A DNA stretch of 11,289 nucleotides from a virus (Duplodnaviria > Heunggongvirae > Uroviricota > Caudoviricetes), in the IMG/VR virus record IMGVR_UViG_2645728091_000014, positions 1-11,289 of that record. One strand, 5' to 3'. The notes below the pieces were generated by a model, which searched no databases, was not told the DNA's origin, and saw only the letters and a list, made by a program, of their open reading frames with translations. Positions 5,433-11,289 of this stretch are shown one piece after another. A program made the translations under genes and the position numbers. Position 1 is the stretch's first letter; each line of letters begins with the position of its first letter.

Positions 5433-8102
5433 TTAACGCCCCTCCTTGTAACTGAATATCCGGCATTTCAGTACTTCCGGCTCTCTGGCCTCGGCGACCC
5501 CTCTTCCGGCGTTTGCCTGTCTGGAGACCTCACTACGAATGGTTTTGCGGCCTGTCAAAGGTCGGGAACGTCCTGCTCCGAGCAACTCAATCATTTCGCG
5601 GTCAGTGCGGATCTCCACGCGGTGAATAGCGGCAGCCTGTGCCAGTTGCGGAATACTGATAGCAATCCCCTCGCGGCATCCCTTGCCGTAGTGGTTTACA
5701 CCGTATTTTGTTATGCCGTCCAGGAAGTCGAACGCCTCCCAGAACTCCATCACTTCCGGTAAATCAGCCGCCGCCGCTTTAACCTGCGCTGTTGCCATTT
5801 GTTCCAGTTCCAGACATGTGGCATCAAGCCATTCATCTGGGATATCAATAACGCATTTCAGCGCCCTGACCAGCGCGATAAGTTGTGCGTGATTTTTGGC
5901 GATGCGGGGATGGCGAATATTTTCGCATCCGCAAAGGCGTTCCGTTTCAACTGGAGATACTTCCAGGAACGTTTGCATAATCGCCCGTTCCTGACTTGCC
6001 GCCCGGTGAATAAACCCAGATACCTTCTCGACGGGGTAAAGTTCCAGCCGTCTCGCCGCCAGGCGGGTATCAGGTGAATGGCGTTTTTTATCGGTGTATA
6101 TGCGTATCAGGCGCTCAATAATTGCCGGAGAGGCGTTTACCCGCGCATTCTGCGCAATCACGATAGCGCCCTTAAAATCCGGATCATAGGTGTTGTTATT
6201 GTTGGCCTTAACACCACGAACGCCGATACCACCGCCGTTATAGAGACTTTTCAGGTTATCGAAGTCAAACGCACCTCTTTTTTGCGCATTGTCTCCCCGG
6301 TCCGCTTCAATCAGAACAACAGGTAATCCGGCGACCTGTCCAAAGGTGCGCTTCCAGCCCGCCTCTGATCCTTTGGTTGGATCAACGCCTTCATAGTTGT
6401 CACGACCGCACAGCCGCCAGCAAAAATCAATCAGTGTTGATTTACCCGTTCCGGGCTCCCCGGTGACTTCAAGGAAGGGGAAGGATTCTTCTTTATCCCG
6501 GATTTGTTCGCTGAACAGGGAGCCCAACCAGAAAGCCAGGGTAATAATTCCCTTTTCACCAAAAGCCAGCCAGAGATCTTCCACCCAGGACGCTGTAAAT
6601 TCATCCGGTTTTTTGTAGTTAATCTGTAATGTGGGTTTTTCGCTTAATGGTTTTGCGTTTATGCCATCAATTTCAAAATAATCCTCATCATTGATTTCAT
6701 AAGTTTTACCCTTATAAACGGCAATATCATTAAACAGCCATGCCCCAATTCCCTTGTTGTATCCGATAAAATCCTGACCAATAACCTCTTTTATTGCGGG
6801 AAGGTCATTTTTTATTAATGCGTCAAGCTGCGTAGTCGTTCCGGTATAAATACCGCCTTTTGCCACGTGCAGCAGGCGTTTTTTAAATTCAGATGAGGAT
6901 GTTAATTGTCCTGATGTAAAGGTGTTTTTCACCGTAGCACCATCCGGGAATGTAACGCGGAAGTAATACCATGCTTCATCCGTGTCATTGTTTCGAATGT
7001 AATAAAGCGGCACTGGGTTACAGTTTGCGATTTCTTTTACAGCACCGGATTCCTTAAGTGCAATTTTGCGCGCTTCGTCTTCGTCAACATTTCGCTCATT
7101 AATGACACGCTCAACAGCCTTCATATGGCGCTCAATGTCCAGCTTGAACCAGAAAACACGGTTATCAAAAGTAAAATGAAATTCCTTCCGCTCACGAAAG
7201 GAAAACATTATTAGTGCCTTATCTCTTGGAGATTTCGCCAGCAATAAATCACCGTAATAACGGTATCTTTTCACATCATGGCCACGCAGCTTTCCGGCGA
7301 TGTGTAAATCATTCCAGTCGCGTTTATTGCTGTTTTTACCCGGTAACGCCGCCGCCGTTCTCCAGCCGTCTTCGGCGCTGCGTTCTGCATGTTTTTTCGC
7401 GTAACGTTCACCCGCACGCCCGTTATCCAGGGCCCACACAATAACCGGACGGGGATTATCTCCGCACAGCTTCGCCAGCTCTTCCAGCGCCTTATCAGGG
7501 TAGTTCACGGCAGACATGACAGAAACGGCCGCAATGCCATTCTGGTTAAGGCTGATGGCATCAAAGATGCCCTCACAAATCCAGATTTCTTTGGCCTTGC
7601 TTAAATCTGCTCCCGGATAAGCCCACCACAACCCCTTGTAGCTGCCGGAAAAATTCGCCTTGCGCGCGAAGCGTCCCGGTCGGTCTATGATGCGCTCCCA
7701 CCACACGCCGTCAGCCAGCGTAAAACGCACAGTAGCGGCCTGTTCGCCGTTTTCCTTGTCCTGGTATCGCTCCTGAGTAAATGCGCCCTTCAGTGGCCCC
7801 ACAGCAATATTGCGCGCTTCCTGAAGATAAGCTGCCGCCGCTGCATATGGCTCATCTTTCGTGCTGATATAACGATCTGACCATGATGAAAACACATCCG
7901 GGTAAAGTTCTTTGGTCAGCAGGTCTATACCGCATTTATTTTCGCGCCCACAGTGTACGATGTACGGCCTTTCAAGGCTGGTAAACAACTCTTTCTTTCC
8001 ACATTGCGGACAAACACCATACCGGAGGTAGTTATTTTCTTCTTTGAAGTTGTAATCACGGATAAGACGGTTAATAATCTCTTTTCTGATGTCAGATTTC
8101 AT
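5433..8102 (-). CDS. alpha-like DNA primase-helicase (zinc-binding N-terminus, TOPRIM primase, SF3/D5-type helicase)
   Basis: N-terminal C-P-x-C...H-C...C zinc motif, TOPRIM-like E-G-I-F-D-A and L-D-N-G-R-A-G, and Walker A G-E-P-G-T-G-K-S-T. Preferred ATG at 8102 with GGAG 8 nt upstream; the track start at 8126 is a GTG inside a hairpin. Confidence 0.9.
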   Translation of the reverse strand: MKSDIRKEIINRLIRDYNFKEENNYLRYGVCPQCGKKELFTSLERPYIVHCGRENKCGIDLLTKELYPDVFSSWSDRYISTKDEPYAAAAAYLQEARNIAVGPLKGAFTQERYQDKENGEQAATVRFTLADGVWWERIIDRPGRFARKANFSGSYKGLWWAYPGADLSKAKEIWICEGIFDAISLNQNGIAAVSVMSAVNYPDKALEELAKLCGDNPRPVIVWALDNGRAGERYAKKHAERSAEDGWRTAAALPGKNSNKRDWNDLHIAGKLRGHDVKRYRYYGDLLLAKSPRDKALIMFSFRERKEFHFTFDNRVFWFKLDIERHMKAVERVINERNVDEDEARKIALKESGAVKEIANCNPVPLYYIRNNDTDEAWYYFRVTFPDGATVKNTFTSGQLTSSSEFKKRLLHVAKGGIYTGTTTQLDALIKNDLPAIKEVIGQDFIGYNKGIGAWLFNDIAVYKGKTYEINDEDYFEIDGINAKPLSEKPTLQINYKKPDEFTASWVEDLWLAFGEKGIITLAFWLGSLFSEQIRDKEESFPFLEVTGEPGTGKSTLIDFCWRLCGRDNYEGVDPTKGSEAGWKRTFGQVAGLPVVLIEADRGDNAQKRGAFDFDNLKSLYNGGGIGVRGVKANNNNTYDPDFKGAIVIAQNARVNASPAIIERLIRIYTDKKRHSPDTRLAARRLELYPVEKVSGFIHRAASQERAIMQTFLEVSPVETERLCGCENIRHPRIAKNHAQLIALVRALKCVIDIPDEWLDATCLELEQMATAQVKAAAADLPEVMEFWEAFDFLDGITKYGVNHYGKGCREGIAISIPQLAQAAAIHRVEIRTDREMIELLGAGRSRPLTGRKTIRSEVSRQANAGRGVAEAREPEVLKCRIFSYKEGR

Positions 8103-8115
8103 ATATAAAACTCCA

Positions 8116-8145
8116 CCCCACTGCACCTTTTGCAGTGGGGTTTTT
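8116..8145 (+). terminator. perfect 10-bp GC hairpin plus T-run in the primase 5' leader
   Basis: CCCCACTGCA (8116-8125), loop CCTTT, TGCAGTGGGG (8131-8140), then TTTTT (8141-8145) on the plus strand. On the minus strand the stem is followed by UGGAGUUUUAUAUAUG, which contains the primase RBS and start. Confidence 0.45.
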
Positions 8146-8150
8146 ATTAA

Positions 8151-8450
8151 TTACTCGTTACTTATTGCTTTGGCAATCCCGGCGGTTTCGGCACTATGCC
8201 ATGAAAAAATTCCGCCAGAAGTATGCATTCCTGACTTAATCGCTCGTAATTCCCGATAAAGAATGTTAGTTAATGATTCCATTTCATTAATTTGCACTGG
8301 CATTCTCTCACTGGTATTAATTTCACCTGTCAATGCTGAAAGGAGCGCAATAACATTTATTACATCTTCAAGATTCTCAATGGAATCTTCCGTGAAAAAA
8401 CCAGCGTATTCTTTTTTGTATATATTGCGGATATTCTGATTTTCAGACAT
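8151..8450 (-). CDS. hypothetical protein (99 aa), AT-rich
   Basis: ATG at 8450 preceded by GGGGAG with a 5-nt spacer. Visibly more AT-rich than the flanking primase and small-ORF block. Confidence 0.5.
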   Translation of the reverse strand: MSENQNIRNIYKKEYAGFFTEDSIENLEDVINVIALLSALTGEINTSERMPVQINEMESLTNILYRELRAIKSGMHTSGGIFSWHSAETAGIAKAISNE

Positions 8451-8517
8451 AAAAACTCCCCGACCCGTTAAGATCGAAATATAAATTTAATTCAGTTATC
8501 AGTTGGTAATTCGGGAA

Positions 8518-8736
8518 TCAGGCGGAAAGCTGCGTCACCTTCAACGCTTTGAAATGTGTCATTCCCAGCTCTTCCAGCCCTTCGGCTGCGCGGCGTATGG
8601 CTTCGCCCGGTCCCGTTCCGTATACCGTTGCATGTGCATGTTTGGTTAACCCACGTTTATTAACGGCATAACCCAACACAAAGAAACGTTTTTCACCACT
8701 GCCATTATTTTTACGGGATATTGAACGGCTTTTCAT
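8518..8736 (-). CDS. hypothetical small protein (72 aa)
   Basis: ATG 8736-8734 overlaps the TGA stop of the upstream ORF (ATGA), indicating translational coupling. Confidence 0.5.
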   Translation of the reverse strand: MKSRSISRKNNGSGEKRFFVLGYAVNKRGLTKHAHATVYGTGPGEAIRRAAEGLEELGMTHFKALKVTQLSA

Positions 8737-8921
8737 TTCTTCACCTTTAGCACTGATGCTGTGAGTTCTTCTTCTGGCAATTGATATTTCGGCGCAATTT
8801 CTTCCGTATACCTGATAGCATCCCTTGCCGCTTTTCCTTTTGATTTATATTTACGTATCGTGTAGAAGTTTTCTTCCTCTCCTGTTACCACATTACGCAA
8901 TTTAATATGAATCTCGTACAT
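8733..8921 (-). CDS. hypothetical small protein (62 aa)
   Basis: Preferred ATG at 8921 is preceded by GGAGGGG and sits 2 nt after the TAA stop of the upstream ORF. The track version starts 10 codons earlier at 8951. Confidence 0.5.
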   Translation of the reverse strand: MYEIHIKLRNVVTGEEENFYTIRKYKSKGKAARDAIRYTEEIAPKYQLPEEELTASVLKVKK

Positions 8922-8923
8922 CG

Positions 8924-9106
8924 TTACCCCTCCATGATTTTTACTGCGCATTTGTGGGTTAATCGCCCCTGTTTGTCATTGCGGGAATATGCCATACGAC
9001 AGGCATCACGCCATGCATCGTCATAAGTCGGATATTCCCAGGAATGAATCATCTGGCGAACGTCGCCGTTCTGGTAGTTAATCAGGGTGATAAGGAGCTT
9101 AAACAT
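8924..9106 (-). CDS. hypothetical small protein (60 aa)
   Basis: Preferred ATG at 9106 is preceded by GGGAGG about 7 nt upstream. The track's 86-aa version (start 9184) has no RBS. Confidence 0.5.
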   Translation of the reverse strand: MFKLLITLINYQNGDVRQMIHSWEYPTYDDAWRDACRMAYSRNDKQGRLTHKCAVKIMEG

Positions 9107-9272
9107 GGCACGCCTCCCGGACACGGATACGGGCAACAAAGACCAGACGGGATGCCGGAAGCATGGCGCGCGCTTCGCGCTCACTGGCAGCGGTAACGGT
9201 ATGAAGGCGAATATTTTTACCGTGGCACTGCATAAAGCGCCAGATAAAATCAGGGCGTGTTGATATAGCCAT
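9099..9272 (-). CDS. hypothetical small protein (57 aa), possibly Icd-like
   Basis: ATG at 9272 preceded by AAGGAG. The track's 175-aa extension to 9626 is low-complexity and lacks an RBS. The E-R-E-A-R ... L-V-F-V-A-R-I motif pattern resembles my recollection of Icd-like proteins in P4-like prophages, unverified. Confidence 0.4.
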   Translation of the reverse strand: MAISTRPDFIWRFMQCHGKNIRLHTVTAASEREARAMLPASRLVFVARIRVREACHV

Positions 9273-9629
9273 TTTGGCGGCTCCTTGATTAAGTTTACGG
9301 AGTCTCGCCAGCACGCTGCTAAACATGGTGGCGGGACGTAACAGGGTTAGCAGACTGGCAATCAAGGAACCAGCGAGCGCAAAGGCTCCCCCATTACGCC
9401 CCGCCATAATACGGGGTAGGGTGGAATTACGGGCACAAAAAAACCGCATTACGGAAATATAGCGGCTACCCGCTTGATTGTTCAGGCTGCTAAACCCGGC
9501 ACCCGCTTTATGAGGTGCGGGCAAACGATACGCCATGACAAAAAAGCGAGTCAAGCAATATTGCAAATTATTTTTGCTCACTTGCGCTGAGTGATTGATT
9601 TTAAAGAGTAAAAAAGCCATAATCATTTC

Positions 9630-9720
9630 TGCCTATTACTTCTTATTGCTGACTTTAGGTGCATTAAATGCACATCCTTGACTGGTTGGCTCGCTAGCTT
9701 CAGCGAGCTTCTTTTTTTTT
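9630..9720 (+). ncRNA. candidate ~90-nt plus-strand small RNA, antisense to the minus-strand operon leader
   Basis: Plus-strand TTGATT (9595-9600), 17-bp spacer, CATAAT (9618-9623), then a GTGCATT/AATGCAC hairpin (9659-9673) and a terminator hairpin with T-run (9689-9720). No plus-strand ORF of note. Confidence 0.25.
9689..9720 (+). terminator. intrinsic terminator oriented on the plus strand
   Basis: GCTCGCT (9689-9695), loop AGCTTC, AGCGAGC (9702-9708), then TTCTTTTTTTTT (9709-9720). On the minus strand the A-run precedes the stem, so it is not a minus-strand terminator. Confidence 0.5.
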
Positions 9721-9820
9721 GCTCTGCTGCCAGTACTTGGCCTCCTTCCCCCACATGTAGCAATACGTTCAGATCAGTAAGTTTTGCCACCCAGTGATGG
9801 ACGCAATAAACCACCAACGC

Positions 9821-10141
9821 TTATTCAACTCTGGCGCTACCGGATTCTCTCTCCCTTTTCTTTTTGGCGTTTTCGTATGGGTTATTCACTTTGGCAATAA
9901 CTGGCGGATTACGTAGCCACCACAAAACATCACTTAACAGCCAGGTACATGAGCAACGCCCCAAAGAGTGACGAGGAGGAAAAGCACCGATCTTCTCCAG
10001 TTCCCAGCGGCGGGAGCGTGAAAGCGTGGTCATTTTTTTACACTTCTCTTCCCTGATGCGTTCTTCGCAGTCAAAGCCATACTCGGCGAGTATGGTGCGG
10101 CGCTGTTCTGGAGTTGGTGGAATGAATGCGGATTGAGTCAT
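9821..10141 (-). CDS. alpA: AlpA/Vis-family phage transcriptional regulator (excisionase-like HTH)
   Basis: 106-aa ORF. The segment L-S-R-S-R-R-W-E-L-E-K-I-G-A-F-P-P-R ... W-L-L-S-D-V-L-W-W-L matches the AlpA HTH pattern. Confidence 0.8.
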   Translation of the reverse strand: MTQSAFIPPTPEQRRTILAEYGFDCEERIREEKCKKMTTLSRSRRWELEKIGAFPPRHSLGRCSCTWLLSDVLWWLRNPPVIAKVNNPYENAKKKRERESGSARVE

Positions 10142-10202
10142 ATTTCCCCCTATGTTTCTGAACTTTCGGGGGAGATTTTTGTTTTACGGAGTTTTGAAAG
10201 CA

Positions 10203-10239
10203 AGTATTAAAGGTCTTATTAAGATGCTTGCTGGTCTTA
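10203..10239. repeat. two 15-bp direct repeats 21 bp apart in the alpA upstream region
   Basis: GGTCTTATTAAGATG (10203-10217) and GGTCTTACTGAGATG (10224-10238), 13/15 identical, overlapping the 3' end of the 350-aa ORF. Confidence 0.35.
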
Positions 10240-11289
10240 CTGAGATGATGCTTTAATCCATCTTGATATAGTACTTTTATCAAAGCGCATATTGAGTCCT
10301 GCCTCTCTTGCTTCCGCGGTCAATATATCAGCAAGTTTTACCGGATTGTTTTCGAGTTCTTTATAATGAATAACAAGCATCGCACGAAAAAAATCCTTCA
10401 TTGTTTTAGATAATCGTTCTATATTGTTTTTATTGGTGCATATGTCTTTCTCTCCATCCTCAGAACTTAATATATTGTTACCCGCACACAAATATAAAGT
10501 ATCTGCCAATGGATTAACATAATCTTTTCTTAACTCGCTATTGGAGTTTGTAGCATTTTGTATTTTTAAAAAATCATTCTTTAAGATATATAAATCACCA
10601 ATATCAAAAGAAACATCCTCAGTAACAATTAGTCCTATATGTATATCAACGTCAGAAGCAATTATAATATTGCTATTAATTATTCGGTTGGCTTTAAACT
10701 TCTTATTAAAATCATAGTTGGCAAAAAAACTTCCCCCCAAAGCGAAAATGCCGCCTATTTCAACAAAATACTTATGGTATTTTTCTTGAATACCTTTAAA
10801 TACTGGTGGCACAACTGCCACAGCTCTTTCATCCGTTGCTATTCGATATACACTATATATGTGATAATTTTCCCCATAATATACCCCCCTGTTATAATAA
10901 TTTAACAAAGCAAATGCAGTATCAATTGCTATGTCACCAAATTTGGGCGTTACATATGAATGACTTAGAGATTCGCACATTGAATCAAATATAATTCTCG
11001 ACTTGGTTTTTATATAATTAAAACCATGGTGTTCTGCCGCCCTTTCTGAAATGGCATCAAGATCAGATAACCGTGATTTACACGGTTCTGAATCCATAAA
11101 CTTACGCAGACAATCGAAATTAACCACATCTTTTTCATCTGGGATATTTAATACTCCATATGCAGATTCAATTTTTATACAAATACGAATGCAGCCTGTC
11201 ACAGCCCAATGAATAAGATCGTCAATATCGCAGTCTAATAACTTTGCCGCGCGCTCAATAGGATAGTAATCTCTTAGTGGTAACGTCAT
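10237..11289 (-). CDS. hypothetical protein (350 aa), AT-rich, HTH-like segments at both termini
   Basis: ATG is the last three bases of the window, so the true start may lie upstream. N-terminal Y-P-I-E-R-A-A-K-L-L-D-C-D-I-D-D-L-I-H-W and C-terminal A-D-I-L-T-A-E-A-R-E-A-G-L-N-M-R-F-D-K-S-T-I-S-R-W-I-K look like helix-turn-helix elements. A weak G-G-S ... S-D-V-D-I stretch was noted. Confidence 0.65.
   Translation of the reverse strand: MTLPLRDYYPIERAAKLLDCDIDDLIHWAVTGCIRICIKIESAYGVLNIPDEKDVVNFDCLRKFMDSEPCKSRLSDLDAISERAAEHHGFNYIKTKSRIIFDSMCESLSHSYVTPKFGDIAIDTAFALLNYYNRGVYYGENYHIYSVYRIATDERAVAVVPPVFKGIQEKYHKYFVEIGGIFALGGSFFANYDFNKKFKANRIINSNIIIASDVDIHIGLIVTEDVSFDIGDLYILKNDFLKIQNATNSNSELRKDYVNPLADTLYLCAGNNILSSEDGEKDICTNKNNIERLSKTMKDFFRAMLVIHYKELENNPVKLADILTAEAREAGLNMRFDKSTISRWIKASSQ

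Larger units (their letters stand above)
1..11289. mobile_element. P2/P4-family integrative element (satellite-like); boundaries not in window
   Basis: Co-occurrence of a P2-type integrase, an alpha-like primase-helicase, an AlpA-type regulator, an Ogr/Delta zinc-finger activator, a toxin-antitoxin pair and AT-rich cargo ORFs. No att repeat pair or tRNA is visible, so the extent is inferred. Confidence 0.45.

Noticed and set aside
682-8000. Plus-strand ORFs lying inside the long minus-strand genes (e.g. 682-1083, 4539-4919, 5799-6077, 6078-6326, 7214-7604)
   Set aside because: They are antisense shadow ORFs within confidently called genes, with no start signals.
8100-8126. Primase start at 8126 as given in the track
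   Set aside because: That start is a GTG lying inside the 10-bp hairpin stem. The ATG at 8102 has a properly spaced GGAG.
9099-9626. 175-aa ORF from the six-frame track
   Set aside because: The N-terminal 118 residues are low-complexity with no RBS and overlap the predicted plus-strand promoter and hairpins. The internal ATG at 9272 with AAGGAG is preferred.
9623-9817. 64-aa minus-strand ORF immediately downstream of alpA
   Set aside because: No RBS, and it overlaps the plus-strand promoter and terminator structures. It is not excluded as a real small protein but is not supported well enough to call.
1-11289. P2/P4 cos site (GGCGAGGCGGGGAAAGCAC-like)
   Set aside because: I scanned by eye for the recalled 19-nt cohesive-end sequence and its complement and did not see it. 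Absence is not conclusive without a proper search, and it may lie outside the window.

Overview
The window looks like the interior of a small P2/P4-family integrative element (satellite-like); its ends are not in view. On the minus strand, an AlpA-type regulator, a block of small coupled ORFs, an alpha-like primase-helicase and a P2-type tyrosine integrase form one co-directional array that ends in an intrinsic terminator. Downstream lies about 1.2 kb of non-coding DNA containing a GGTTAC iteron array bounded by a perfect 27-bp inverted repeat, an AT-rich stretch and three phased TTGTGCA repeats. Left of that are an Ogr/Delta-type zinc-finger activator, a divergent ribbon-helix-helix gene whose control region carries repeated GTAWTAC motifs, a translationally coupled two-gene operon of unknown function (236 aa and 423 aa), and a convergent MazE/MazF-family toxin-antitoxin pair. 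The best candidates for something undescribed are the two-gene operon with its regulator, and an AT-rich 350-aa ORF at the right edge. All functional calls rest on motif recognition by eye and recalled family sequences; no database search was run.
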